The notes under the pieces were generated by a model, which saw only the letters and a program-made list of their open reading frames with translations, ran no database searches and was not told the origin of the DNA. The position numbers were made by a program, and so were the translations under genes. From a virus (Duplodnaviria; Caudoviricetes): DNA of 64,000 bases. Where the stretch lies: the IMG/VR virus record IMGVR_UViG_3300003937_000325, one strand, 5' to 3'. Positions 1 to 10,776 of this stretch are shown piece after piece. Every line of letters begins with the position of its first letter. Positions within the stretch are counted from its first letter, which is position 1.

Positions 1-636
1 AAATGGATATTCAGTTTCCATATCGTTAACATATAAAGCATATTTATTATAATTGGTGGTCATATCCCTTAATGGACTTGTTGGGTATGGTCTAACTGAT
101 ATGTTACGAGCGGCATTTACTGAATAATCAATATCAAACGGATTATCAAATCTGGTAACATCCATAGTGAACGTTGTAATTTGTTCAACACTATCAAATG
201 TTATATTATTAGCAGTATTTGCACTAGAATAAGATGGTAACGAAACCCTATTTACTTGTATTGAAGCCGGAAAAAAATTAATTATTTTAGTTATAGATGT
301 AGACAGTCTTTTCTGTAATGACCCATAAAGAGCGTAATTAGTAACTTGACTTATATCATAGTTTGGATAAACTCTATAATTTTTTATTGCAATCGCTTTA
401 GACTCTTCAATACTACCAACGTCAAGGTCGTTTAAAGATATGGGATTACTAAAAACACCCGTTTCAAATGTCCTATTAACTTTTTCAACAATATTTGTGG
501 AAAATTCAAAATTACCCTGCGTTAACCCTCCACCATCAACCACCTGTAACCCAACTAAATCAGGTGAAAATGATTGGTCAGCACTTGGAGGTGCTGGAGG
601 ATAAAAAAACTTTTTTTTATTGTTGTTTGTAGCCAT
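1..636 (-). CDS. Conserved-looking phage structural protein, N-terminal part (runs off the window edge; not in the ORF track)
   Basis: Manual translation from ATG at 636: MATNNNKKKFFYPPAPPSADQSFSPDLVGLQVVDGGGLTQGNFEF... open to position 1. It lies 2 nt downstream of the stop of 639..1547, in the same operon. Confidence 0.85.
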   Translation of the reverse strand, partial: MATNNNKKKFFYPPAPPSADQSFSPDLVGLQVVDGGGLTQGNFEFSTNIVEKVNRTFETGVFSNPISLNDLDVGSIEESKAIAIKNYRVYPNYDISQVTNYALYGSLQKRLSTSITKIINFFPASIQVNRVSLPSYSSANTANNITFDSVEQITTFTMDVTRFDNPFDIDYSVNAARNISVRPYPTSPLRDMTTNYNKYALYVNDMETEYPF

Positions 637-638
637 TT

Positions 639-1547
639 TTAGTTGGTTATGTTATTGAAATTTTTACTGAAATCTATGTTATCATCTCTATCTTGTCTAA
701 CCTCATATAATAAATCGTTAAATTCATCTCTAATCTCATATAAGTTATATTGTTTGTATATATTAAGATTACTATCATACATAGTATAAATTCCATCTTC
801 CATACTTTTTGTTTGATTACCATAAAGTGCGATAGCTAACGTATCAATATCATGTTCAGCCAATTCAATATCCATACTAATTGGATTAAAGAATGTGTTA
901 GTCATAACAATATTTTGATTAGGTTGACCAATAAATGGTGTCGCATTTGCCTTATTAGAAGGGGCACTTGAAGGTGATACCGTACAAAATATTAAATCAC
1001 TTCCCCCATCAACATATCTATATCTTATCGCCTTTTGAGAACTATTACTTAAATTAGTCACAACTGGTTCACAATAAAAAGCTGATGTAACAACTCTATA
1101 AAAATTAGGTATCTTAGTGCCGTCACTATTTAAATATTCAATACGGTAACCAATTAGTCCTTGATTGATAAATCTATTTCGGTACTCTTGTGGTACCCCA
1201 TTTAAGTCGATGATTATACCCTTAACATTGGGTAATGATGATAATACACCACAATCTGTAATAGTGGTTCTTATTTCTACAGGTCTTATATATAATGTGT
1301 ATATACCTATTTTATTAAATTCTTCAGCTGGAAGTTTTAAGTTATATAAACCACCTAATATTTCAACATCGGCATTACCTCCTGTAGTTGAACTGTGGAA
1401 ATAAGGTGTTAAAACATCTTGGGCGTTCAGTTTTGTTAAAACAAAATTTGTCGTAACGTCTCTTGATGGAGTATAATTTAAAATTATCTCAACATCTTCT
1501 GGTGACATGTCAGCTGGTCTTACTGTTCCGTATGTTCCTAAAGCCAT
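639..1547 (-). CDS. Hypothetical virion or baseplate-associated protein (302 aa)
   Basis: Long ORF tightly packed in the structural operon. No catalytic motif recognised. Confidence 0.8.
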   Translation of the reverse strand: MALGTYGTVRPADMSPEDVEIILNYTPSRDVTTNFVLTKLNAQDVLTPYFHSSTTGGNADVEILGGLYNLKLPAEEFNKIGIYTLYIRPVEIRTTITDCGVLSSLPNVKGIIIDLNGVPQEYRNRFINQGLIGYRIEYLNSDGTKIPNFYRVVTSAFYCEPVVTNLSNSSQKAIRYRYVDGGSDLIFCTVSPSSAPSNKANATPFIGQPNQNIVMTNTFFNPISMDIELAEHDIDTLAIALYGNQTKSMEDGIYTMYDSNLNIYKQYNLYEIRDEFNDLLYEVRQDRDDNIDFSKNFNNITN

Positions 1548-1551
1548 TTTT

Positions 1552-2634
1552 TTACTCGTTATTATTGTTTATTCTAAAGTAACCATACCCATAAGATATC
1601 ATGTCACCTAAGTTATCCACCTCTCCAAGTCTTTGTAGTGATTCAAACCCTGAAAGCTTACCTCTTTCAATAAATATTTCAGATTGTATTTCTGGCGAGT
1701 CAACTACGTTAATTAATACTTCTTGTTTAGTAATTGCTGACGCAACTAACTCATTACTTGTTAAACCCGAAGATTCGGCGATATATAATGTAGTACCATC
1801 TAAGTAATCGTAGTATTGAACATTATTAATTGTATAGGAGGTGTAACCACTCGTTATTTGGTCCACTTTACCAAAAGGTTGACCCCCCTTAACCACTGTT
1901 GTGGTCACATCAAATTGAGTATTTCCATATAATTTAAGTTCAGATAACCTTGAAGAACTAAACCCACTCAATATAAATGGTACCGTTGTAAAATTATTAG
2001 ACGTTTGACTTTGTACCGTATTAGAACTATCACCCGTAAAAATATAATCGTAACTAATAGGTATTCCTGACCAACTTCCACCTTGGGGAATAAATGTGAC
2101 GTTACCATAAGGATTAGTTATTGTTACCCCTGTTGTTGGAACATAAACCTTTTTCTCAACTATCGTTTGTCCCCATGGATTATTTTGAGTCAATGTTATA
2201 ACATAGCTAGTGGTTACATTAGGATAAGTATGTGATAAATACTGAGGAGCGTTTGACGTTAGTGGTTCACTAAAACCGTCCCCCCAATCGACAATATAGT
2301 CAGACAACTTTAAAAATCCTTTAAATTCGTCAGACGTATTAAATAACCTTATCGTATTTTGATTAGACGGGTCACCTGATGTTATAAAATTTGATACTAC
2401 ATCTTGCTGTAACGCAAATCCATCAAATGGAGTATAAAAACCGTAGTTTTCATACGTTTGTCTAAAAACTATTGGTACTGTTAAACCTGTTAATAAACTA
2501 CTACCATCCGTACCCCCACTTAATATTTGAGTCATACCAGTATATACACCAAAAGTGTTTCCACTAAAGTATTCAGTAATAACGTCACCTTTTATTGATT
2601 CGGGTGAAATCTTTATGTAGTATTTCTCTTCCAT
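1552..2634 (-). CDS. Putative structural protein with a PKD/Ig-like repeat (360 aa)
   Basis: YIVDWGDG...SHTYP...YVITLT matches the PKD-domain WDFGDG-type signature. The protein is S/T/G-rich and lies in the structural operon. Confidence 0.65.
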   Translation of the reverse strand: MEEKYYIKISPESIKGDVITEYFSGNTFGVYTGMTQILSGGTDGSSLLTGLTVPIVFRQTYENYGFYTPFDGFALQQDVVSNFITSGDPSNQNTIRLFNTSDEFKGFLKLSDYIVDWGDGFSEPLTSNAPQYLSHTYPNVTTSYVITLTQNNPWGQTIVEKKVYVPTTGVTITNPYGNVTFIPQGGSWSGIPISYDYIFTGDSSNTVQSQTSNNFTTVPFILSGFSSSRLSELKLYGNTQFDVTTTVVKGGQPFGKVDQITSGYTSYTINNVQYYDYLDGTTLYIAESSGLTSNELVASAITKQEVLINVVDSPEIQSEIFIERGKLSGFESLQRLGEVDNLGDMISYGYGYFRINNNNE

Positions 2635-3494
2635 TATTGCGGATTAACATATTCATACCATTTTATACCGTTTGTAAGTTGTCCCACACGATTTCCTAAA
2701 CCGTATCCTTGAAACACTTGATACTGATAATTATTCACATCTAAATCAACCTTGTAATAAAAGTATTCAGTTTTATTAAATTTAAACGTTTCACTCATTT
2801 CAGATTGTGGTCGATTAATCATTCTAACAAATTGTCCTGTTTTGGCGTTAAAAAATTTAGCTGACATATAAAATGTATTGACATCAATATATTCTCTACT
2901 TTTTAACCAATAAATAAAATACCCTTCTTTATCACCTATAAAATCTAAATTAAAAGTGGGGGTCCTTATTATAACAGGTTTTGGTACTGATGGTGTTCCA
3001 ATGTCAACTTCTTGTTTTTCACCTTGCTGAGTAGGTATCACCAATGTGAAGTATAATCTTTGGTTTTCAGGTTGTGTAGAATCATAAAAGTCTAACTTAA
3101 AAAAACTCCTTTTAAATGAATTAGCGTAATAATACATTTCTTTATTAGTAAATGAAATTCCACTATATGTTTGGTAAACTGAGGGGTCCACATAATTGTA
3201 ACTTGAGACCCACATATTAGTATTTGCTGGTGTGGTATTATTAACGTCTATGGTCCTATTAAAAAAGAAAAACTCATAAGTCGTACTAGTTTTAGGTTCA
3301 TTATTAACCGTTAACCACTGAGTATGTGAATATCTAGTAGTCTCAAAATCCTCCACGGGATTAATGATTTCCTCAAGCACATCATTTTCATACTGTTTAA
3401 TTAAATCTTCCCTTCCGAAATTATCAAAGTCAATTTCCATAGGAAGATTAATATACGTATCTTCATTATTAACGGTAAATCTAAATTTATTCAC
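2634..3494 (-). CDS. Hypothetical structural protein (286 aa)
   Basis: ORF with start/stop overlaps to both neighbours. Aromatic-rich, predicted beta composition. Confidence 0.75.
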   Translation of the reverse strand: MNKFRFTVNNEDTYINLPMEIDFDNFGREDLIKQYENDVLEEIINPVEDFETTRYSHTQWLTVNNEPKTSTTYEFFFFNRTIDVNNTTPANTNMWVSSYNYVDPSVYQTYSGISFTNKEMYYYANSFKRSFFKLDFYDSTQPENQRLYFTLVIPTQQGEKQEVDIGTPSVPKPVIIRTPTFNLDFIGDKEGYFIYWLKSREYIDVNTFYMSAKFFNAKTGQFVRMINRPQSEMSETFKFNKTEYFYYKVDLDVNNYQYQVFQGYGLGNRVGQLTNGIKWYEYVNPQ

Positions 3495-5247
3495 AATTAT
3501 CTATTATTGGTTGAAAGATTATGTTATTGAAAACGTTATTATTTTTCATTAGTGGCGTTTGTAAGAATAATACATCAGCAAATGGGTAGTGTTCTCCGTT
3601 TAAAAATGGATAATTAACACCGTTACCACTTGAATCAACAAAACCGTAAGAGTATATGTCTCTCCATCTCCATTGTTGCTCATAGTTTGAAAAGAATGAG
3701 TAGTCTGGTACACCACTTACATCATTTTTATCACCCACTTCAATATAGTCTGAATACACTCTTAATTTTACCGAATGGTGTGGATTATACGTATAACCAT
3801 CAGGTAAATTAATATCCGTATTAGTTTTGAAAACATCAGTATTAAATGAAAATTTATGTGATATCGGTGAAAGCACAGTTTCTTTTTGGTCAAATTCATT
3901 CCACTCACAAACATCACCCTTTAATTCAGTACCGATAGGTAAATCTTTATTATAATAAAATCTAATATTTAATCCTGGTGGGATATCCCCTTGTTTATCA
4001 TAAAAATCAACATCAATATTATCTTTATTATTAAAATTTATTTTAGACCACCAATCATCCACACTGTTTTCTAAAAAATTAAAACCCCATCCAACTTCTA
4101 ACCCTTTAGTTGGTTGAATACCGTCAACACGTGGTTTATTAAAATAACCAATATAACCTTTATTAATAATGGTAATAAATAATTCAGTTACAGGTCGGTC
4201 TAAATTATCCATTAAAGAAATTATATCGATATCTTTATCGAAAGATACTCCGAATGTTCCCCTACCATCTTTAATAGATATTCTTGAAACCTCATTAGGA
4301 GTCAATGCAGAATATTCTAATTTTTTATTGACAGGAAAATTATTTTGTTCAAACCCCATTTTAGTTAAATCTACATTTGAAACATCCGTTAAAGTTTTAT
4401 GTTTTCTAACATAGTACTTAGACATTGTTTCTCCTGAGTTTTTAGGGTTTATAACACGTTTTAAATTTGACATATATCCGTCACTAATTGTTACCCCAGT
4501 AAAACCATAGTTATATACATTAAGAATTTTATCGTCATTTCCATATGCTTGGTCACCTAAACTATAAACCTCAAGAAGGTTACTACCATTTATTGGCGTA
4601 TTTAAATAAATGTAATCCCCCTGTTTTATATTATGTTTATAACCGCAATAAAAACTTAACATATTCTTACCGTTCACCACTCGGTTTTTAATTGTGTAGG
4701 GTATACCTTCTGAAACTTGAAACGATATATCCGTACCACTTTCCTCATCAGTATATTTCATTATTTGATTATAATCGTTACTATGTGGATACGTTAGGTA
4801 GGTGGACCAATTATAAGTTGATGCGCTCTTACTTTTATATATAATATGTCCAGGGACTGCACTTACTCTAAAAAAATTAAATTCATCATACGGTGGGTAA
4901 CCTGTCCAAACACAATTTGCTAAGACCCCGTAAGCATCTACTACAGTCTTAGTCGGGTCAATTAAATATAATTCATTCTCAAACGGTTGATAGTTATTTG
5001 TTTTACCTGAAACGATATTATCAAACAGATTAACTATTTTTCCGGCGATTCTAAACTTAGTCGATATTTGTCTTTCGTGGTCAAATCTTTCCTCTAAATT
5101 TAATAAAACAGTTCTATCACCTTCGATAATACTTTTTTTGGTATTCTCTATAGGTACTTGGATAGATAAGTCCGTGTCGGGAGCACCTGCGTATCTGTCA
5201 GAACCCCTAACAATCCTTATTGTTTGATTATTTTTTTGATTACCCAT
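3487..5247 (-). CDS. Hypothetical structural or baseplate protein (586 aa)
   Basis: Long ORF translationally coupled to its neighbours (8-nt overlaps). Confidence 0.75.
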   Translation of the reverse strand: MGNQKNNQTIRIVRGSDRYAGAPDTDLSIQVPIENTKKSIIEGDRTVLLNLEERFDHERQISTKFRIAGKIVNLFDNIVSGKTNNYQPFENELYLIDPTKTVVDAYGVLANCVWTGYPPYDEFNFFRVSAVPGHIIYKSKSASTYNWSTYLTYPHSNDYNQIMKYTDEESGTDISFQVSEGIPYTIKNRVVNGKNMLSFYCGYKHNIKQGDYIYLNTPINGSNLLEVYSLGDQAYGNDDKILNVYNYGFTGVTISDGYMSNLKRVINPKNSGETMSKYYVRKHKTLTDVSNVDLTKMGFEQNNFPVNKKLEYSALTPNEVSRISIKDGRGTFGVSFDKDIDIISLMDNLDRPVTELFITIINKGYIGYFNKPRVDGIQPTKGLEVGWGFNFLENSVDDWWSKINFNNKDNIDVDFYDKQGDIPPGLNIRFYYNKDLPIGTELKGDVCEWNEFDQKETVLSPISHKFSFNTDVFKTNTDINLPDGYTYNPHHSVKLRVYSDYIEVGDKNDVSGVPDYSFFSNYEQQWRWRDIYSYGFVDSSGNGVNYPFLNGEHYPFADVLFLQTPLMKNNNVFNNIIFQPIIDNCE

Positions 5248-8200
5248 TTAAGTCAGCATTAAACATATATTTAGTTATGAATAAATTCATTGCACTTTTA
5301 CCTTTTTTTAATCCAAAGTAATTTTGGAATGGTGAACCCACACGATACCCGTCGCCATAATCGCCATCTGGTGGTGGAGTACCCGAAAAGATACCTAATG
5401 TTCGATTAAATAAGAATCCTGTTCCAAGTCCATCTTGAGGTCTGGGATAATTATTAGCCCCATCAAATGTTTCATCTTGGTATTTAGCTGTTATCGCGAC
5501 TTCTGTTTGCCATGTATTTTCCTCACTACCCCAAACACTTCCTCCTTCGTATTTCCACCCATAATGTGGTATAATTTGACTACCAGGGTATTTAAAATCA
5601 CTTGTTATAAAAGGAGATGGCTCATTAAAAGTTAATTGTCCCGGACCTAATATCCTTCTATCTTCGACTGTACTACCACCAACTGTATTATAAATACTTT
5701 TAGTACTACCTGTAAACCATATTCCCATTAAACTTTGATTAACTGAAATACTATCATAATAGTTTCCTGATAGATAAGGTAACACCCCAAACTCAGTATT
5801 AATAGAAATCATTTGAGCGTAGTCCCCATCGATTCTAGAATCAGTAAATTGGTTTAGTAGGTTAGATTCCGCGTCCCTTGAAAATAATTTTTGTATTGAT
5901 GCGTCACCAACACCTAATAAATTTTCTAAGAAATTTGAGTCTATCAATCTCGATATTATAAATAAATTTAAAACACCTGATACATCTTGAAAAGATGTTG
6001 ATTCTATTTCATCAATGATATATCCTTGAAATTCAGGAGTTAATAAAATTTCTTTTAAGAAATCAGTTTTAGGTCCTAAATCCATTATAGTTGTCGGTTG
6101 AAAAATATTACCCTTGTTAGCACCTATCGTAGCTAATCCACCAAAAAACCCATAGTTACATTTTTTTGATGGTACAAAATCACCATTATAGAAAGGGGTG
6201 GACCTATAAAAGAATGAATTAGTGTCGGTATTGTAATAAAGTGGTCCACAATTTTTCTTAGTCGTCTCAAGCAACCCACCTTCACCACTTTGAGGGTCAC
6301 CACAATACTTATAACGTTTTACCTCATTATCAGTATTATAGAAAGTTCTCTTTTGAAATGACGGCATATATAACGTTCCGTTAATCCAATTGTTTTGGAA
6401 TGAATGAGCAATTACACCTCTACACGCGGCAAACATAAATTTAATTCTAGTTCTCCACTCAAAAAGATATGCAAAATCACCTTTAGACCCAAACAGACTC
6501 ACAATAAGAGGATTATCCACATAAACATAACAACCCCCTTGTGTCCTATCAAATTCACTACAATTTGGGTCCACACCAAAAGTATCACCCTCTCCTTTAT
6601 AACATTTAAGGACAACCAACCCATCACACGTAAAAGTTTGTAACACGTCAGGAAGAAAAGCGGTGTCTGGGTCAGACTCTAAATCACCTTGACCACCTGA
6701 ACTATCGTTAGAAGTATTTGCACCGTCAGCACCTACTAATGTACTTTGTCCATTATCACCAATATACCAATAAGCAAACGTTTCATTCAACATAAATGGA
6801 AAATCCTGATAAGTTCTTAAATCGGAGTCAAGACCCGTATCTCTATACGATGAAGTAGGTAACCTATCAGACCTAAATATTAATTGTGTAGGGTCATTTA
6901 TCTCAATGGTCGGAGTATTTCCACCAGGATTTAATGGGTCTTCATTTAACCAATATGATGGTGCAATAGTAAAACCTTTTTGACTATTATCATTACTATC
7001 TATTGGATAATTAGGACTTTGATTCGTCCATTGGTATGATGCTCCATCAATACGTCCCTGACCGTTATTCGTAAGATAAGTACTACTTATTGAATAGACT
7101 TTATTTGGTTGTACACCTGAAGTACTTGCAGGAGGATATGTCGGGGTACTAGAATTAGAATTAACTACTTTACCATCAGGGCAACCCATATTACCAATAG
7201 GGGCTGGTGAGGATAAATTACCACCCCATTGTTCACCTAATGATGAGTAATAGGCAAATGCCGTTGTCTCAAATGTTGTAAATGAGTTTATTAATGATAT
7301 ACACCAAGTACCAAGACCACCTGAGGTTCCAGGGATAAATGTCGAACTAACAATCTCAAATGAAATATCTCCGTTTGCTGAGTTATATGAAATAACAGTA
7401 CCTATTATAAAATTTGAATCATCTAAAGAAAATTTTATAGTTTCTCCCGCAACATACGGTAGACCCGCACTTATTGTACAACCAGTAGTTGTATTTGGTG
7501 TTTGAGGTAATTTAAAATTTTGTGAAGTACAATCTTCATATGCCGTACCAATGTTAGGAGGAGTAAACAAAAAAGATTTATGAAATAATTTACCATTACT
7601 ATTACCTATCCCACCATTATTAAATTGGAGTCCAACTAAATTTTCGTAGTGAGTTTCAGGTGCATAAATATCCGTAGGGTTAGTCGCACCAATAGGTATA
7701 TTTGGGAAGTAATCACCCTCAAAAACGGTTTGAACATGAGTACTAGTTATCGAGTAATTCGTATTACCAAACAACATAGACATATTAAATTTCATCTTTT
7801 GTCTTGGGGCGAAGGGGTCAACACCCTTAGTTAGGAAATATATTTTTAAATCTTTATATTGTTCAAAATATTCTGTCCATGATAGTGATTGAATAGACAT
7901 TGAATTGAGTAGTGATACTTGCCTATAACATAATATTTGATTAACTTTACCTATCAAATAATTCCATAATATGGACCTAGTTTTGTAAATTTGGTTCGAA
8001 CTGTATCCCGTCATAATATCAATCGCCTCACCTATCGTAACACTTCCGATTACTTGGTGATACTCAAGACCCATTTTAAAATTATATGACAATCCTGAAA
8101 CAGGTGAGTAGAAATCTATATCAGCATTCTGAGTATTACCATCAGGTTTCATATATGTTATTGCATTTGTAACCTGAACATAATTAGACGAGTTGTGGGT

Positions 8201-10705
8201 CATAGTACCCTCAATACTTTGGTACCCGTATTGGTTAATTGTTAAACCAGTATTATTAACGTTTTCATCAGGTACCAATTCAGGGTCTACAAAACTTAAT
8301 AATTGTCCATTATCCATATTGACTTGACCATCAGTAACCATTATAAGAGGCATATCTTCATACCGATTTCTAGTAGCGGTTATCGGTGGGTCAGAGACAC
8401 CATTAGATGCGAATTGGTTGTTTGTAAACTCAACTTGCATACGATTTGGTAAATTATTAAAAACTGTATTACCGTCACCATCATCAATATTTTGAAAATA
8501 TCGTTCCCTTTGATTCATTAAATTTACCGCTTGAGGTACTGTTACGTGATAAGGAATTCTTGTTCTAGGGTTACCGGGGGTTGGGTCCTGTAAAGAAATC
8601 GGACTTTTATACCACCTATTACTTGGTTGAGGTAAATCATTCGTACCTGGACCTGAAATTTCAGCGTCAGGGTCATACCCTGAGAATATAACCATGTTGT
8701 AATTTTCTGGCGCACCGTCATCACTTGTACCGTTATAACAAGAGTTACAAATCTGCGTATTAGAACCCGCACCATCTAGTTGGACTCCATTTGGTAGCGT
8801 AGAATTCCTACATTCAATTGGTGCGTCATACGCTCCAATACTAACAAAATCCGCTAAATTACTTTCGTTGTTATTTGCTAATACCACATTCATATCATCA
8901 AGAGTCTCACTCTCGGCGGGAGGTAACGTCGCTTCTTTACAGTTACAAGCCTCACAATCGGGATAAGTTATCATAGGTAGTGTTAACCTCTTGAATGGGT
9001 TATCTTTAGGTAATGGAGTAATTGTTTCTTTTTTACAATCACTCTTTTTTAATTTTCTACTTAGAAATGCAACAACCTTACAAATACCATAAACTAACTT
9101 GTTTATAATCCATAAAACAAAATTAATTATTACCCTAAAAATTGGATATAGTAACGCTAAAACGTGCATTATAGGTAAAATAACCACAATAATCGGTGTA
9201 ACGATAGTTAATAGAATATTAAATAAAAAGTACAATAAATCAAAATTTCGCTGTCCATCATTTGTTGGAAACCTATTATTCTCACTCGCACATGACTTGT
9301 CTAAAATTTCTTTTATACCGTAATGTGACGCCCTATTAATACCGTATTTCCAACGGTCAATATGTGCCGCTGTTGTATATACCTTATTATAACCAAACAA
9401 ATAAAATGTGTCTTCACATTTTATTGCGGAATCTTTATCATAATAATCCGACCAATCTAATGAAAACGAATATGATTTATTTCTATTTATAAAATTGGTA
9501 TTGGAACCCATATTAGGCGCGGTGCCACCTGTCCAATGTTCTTTTATATTTGGAATTAAATAATTGGCCCTCATTATTTGAGTTTGTAGTCCCGCCTCAT
9601 TTTGCCATTTAACTTTAAACCTATACTTAGATTTAGTTGGTATACCGACTGTTGGGTCAACTGAAATAACTCGTTCCCCGAACTCGTTAGTAGTTACATA
9701 ATCTAAGTTCATCGGTAGGTCAATTAACCAAGCACCGTTATCATCTATAACATTACCACCATCCTCTAATTGGTATTGTTCAAGTACTGGGTCACCATTC
9801 TCATCTTCTTGTATCGTTTGTCTTATGGCTAAAATCTCTCCAGGACCTGCAACCATATCACATAGGTTACCCGTATCTTTTTTAGGTCTACAATTGGCTT
9901 TGATATATTCATCATCATTTGATGACGTAATTGAACCCATGAAAGTTGAATGAGGTAAGATTTCAATACCCTGGTCAGATAAATCAAAATCGACCCTAGT
10001 TATTCCAACGTCACACATCTCATCTTGTCCCCAAAATGAACTAACATCTATATCTTTTATTTCGTGAGCTATCTGTGGTAGTGAGTCAATATTTTCAGAA
10101 TCTTTAAATAGTTGACCATTAAATTGAGATTTAACCCCTCTACCCATTCTAATTAAATCGGAAGGCCTTAATGAAAACTCACCCATATTAGACAGGTCTA
10201 AATCCATAACAATTTTTTGACTACCTAACGGTACCCCCACAATCATAAAATCACCTGACGCATTGGTTCTTACAGAATACTTATAATACTTTTCATAAAC
10301 CTGTAAAACTTCTTTACGTGTTAATACATCATCAACCGAAGGGAACGTCCCCGTAGCATTGTGTCCATAGTACTCATCTTCATAAGGTAAAAGATTATAA
10401 CGATACCCATCCTCATTTTTAGTGGTTGGTGTTTTATATGGGTAAAGTGTAGATATTATCGGGTCTTCTTCATCCACACTATCTAAAGGTATAAAAATAG
10501 AAATATGGGCGTTAGGTACACCTAACCCCCCATTGGCGATAACACGACCTACAACGACCCCATAGTCGGCACAAAACTGTGTGTATAAATCCTCTTGTCT
10601 TAATTTTAAAGACAGAATTTCTAACGAATCAAAATCTTGGTCAATTTTAACATTAATATTTCTATCAACACCAGGTTCTGTTCTTATTCTAATTGATTTC
10701 GGCAT
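5240..10705 (-). CDS. Very large putative virion protein (1821 aa) with an internal hydrophobic hairpin
   Basis: N-terminal carboxypeptidase-regulatory-like beta domain (GVVVGRVIANGG...TNASGDFMIVGVPLG). Hydrophobic segment at about aa 488-548. S/T/G/N-rich C-terminal half. Lies downstream of the baseplate wedge gene. Confidence 0.7.
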   Translation of the reverse strand: MPKSIRIRTEPGVDRNINVKIDQDFDSLEILSLKLRQEDLYTQFCADYGVVVGRVIANGGLGVPNAHISIFIPLDSVDEEDPIISTLYPYKTPTTKNEDGYRYNLLPYEDEYYGHNATGTFPSVDDVLTRKEVLQVYEKYYKYSVRTNASGDFMIVGVPLGSQKIVMDLDLSNMGEFSLRPSDLIRMGRGVKSQFNGQLFKDSENIDSLPQIAHEIKDIDVSSFWGQDEMCDVGITRVDFDLSDQGIEILPHSTFMGSITSSNDDEYIKANCRPKKDTGNLCDMVAGPGEILAIRQTIQEDENGDPVLEQYQLEDGGNVIDDNGAWLIDLPMNLDYVTTNEFGERVISVDPTVGIPTKSKYRFKVKWQNEAGLQTQIMRANYLIPNIKEHWTGGTAPNMGSNTNFINRNKSYSFSLDWSDYYDKDSAIKCEDTFYLFGYNKVYTTAAHIDRWKYGINRASHYGIKEILDKSCASENNRFPTNDGQRNFDLLYFLFNILLTIVTPIIVVILPIMHVLALLYPIFRVIINFVLWIINKLVYGICKVVAFLSRKLKKSDCKKETITPLPKDNPFKRLTLPMITYPDCEACNCKEATLPPAESETLDDMNVVLANNNESNLADFVSIGAYDAPIECRNSTLPNGVQLDGAGSNTQICNSCYNGTSDDGAPENYNMVIFSGYDPDAEISGPGTNDLPQPSNRWYKSPISLQDPTPGNPRTRIPYHVTVPQAVNLMNQRERYFQNIDDGDGNTVFNNLPNRMQVEFTNNQFASNGVSDPPITATRNRYEDMPLIMVTDGQVNMDNGQLLSFVDPELVPDENVNNTGLTINQYGYQSIEGTMTHNSSNYVQVTNAITYMKPDGNTQNADIDFYSPVSGLSYNFKMGLEYHQVIGSVTIGEAIDIMTGYSSNQIYKTRSILWNYLIGKVNQILCYRQVSLLNSMSIQSLSWTEYFEQYKDLKIYFLTKGVDPFAPRQKMKFNMSMLFGNTNYSITSTHVQTVFEGDYFPNIPIGATNPTDIYAPETHYENLVGLQFNNGGIGNSNGKLFHKSFLFTPPNIGTAYEDCTSQNFKLPQTPNTTTGCTISAGLPYVAGETIKFSLDDSNFIIGTVISYNSANGDISFEIVSSTFIPGTSGGLGTWCISLINSFTTFETTAFAYYSSLGEQWGGNLSSPAPIGNMGCPDGKVVNSNSSTPTYPPASTSGVQPNKVYSISSTYLTNNGQGRIDGASYQWTNQSPNYPIDSNDNSQKGFTIAPSYWLNEDPLNPGGNTPTIEINDPTQLIFRSDRLPTSSYRDTGLDSDLRTYQDFPFMLNETFAYWYIGDNGQSTLVGADGANTSNDSSGGQGDLESDPDTAFLPDVLQTFTCDGLVVLKCYKGEGDTFGVDPNCSEFDRTQGGCYVYVDNPLIVSLFGSKGDFAYLFEWRTRIKFMFAACRGVIAHSFQNNWINGTLYMPSFQKRTFYNTDNEVKRYKYCGDPQSGEGGLLETTKKNCGPLYYNTDTNSFFYRSTPFYNGDFVPSKKCNYGFFGGLATIGANKGNIFQPTTIMDLGPKTDFLKEILLTPEFQGYIIDEIESTSFQDVSGVLNLFIISRLIDSNFLENLLGVGDASIQKLFSRDAESNLLNQFTDSRIDGDYAQMISINTEFGVLPYLSGNYYDSISVNQSLMGIWFTGSTKSIYNTVGGSTVEDRRILGPGQLTFNEPSPFITSDFKYPGSQIIPHYGWKYEGGSVWGSEENTWQTEVAITAKYQDETFDGANNYPRPQDGLGTGFLFNRTLGIFSGTPPPDGDYGDGYRVGSPFQNYFGLKKGKSAMNLFITKYMFNADLNG

Positions 10706-10719
10706 AATTAGTTTTTAAG

Positions 10720-10726
10720 ATAAATA
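10720..10726 (-). promoter_or_regulatory. TATTTAT motif (putative late promoter) upstream of the 1821-aa protein
   Basis: The minus strand reads ACTATTTATCT, 14 nt before ATG 10705. The same heptamer recurs upstream of about 17 genes. Confidence 0.6.
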
Positions 10727-10776
10727 GTTATTCATCCTAATTTTAATTTGATTTTGTCAAAAGTATATGGATAGAT

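Noticed and set aside
10740-10762. TTGACA upstream of the 1821-aa gene
   Set aside because: No acceptable -10 hexamer at 16-18 nt spacing. The TATTTAT motif explains this start better.
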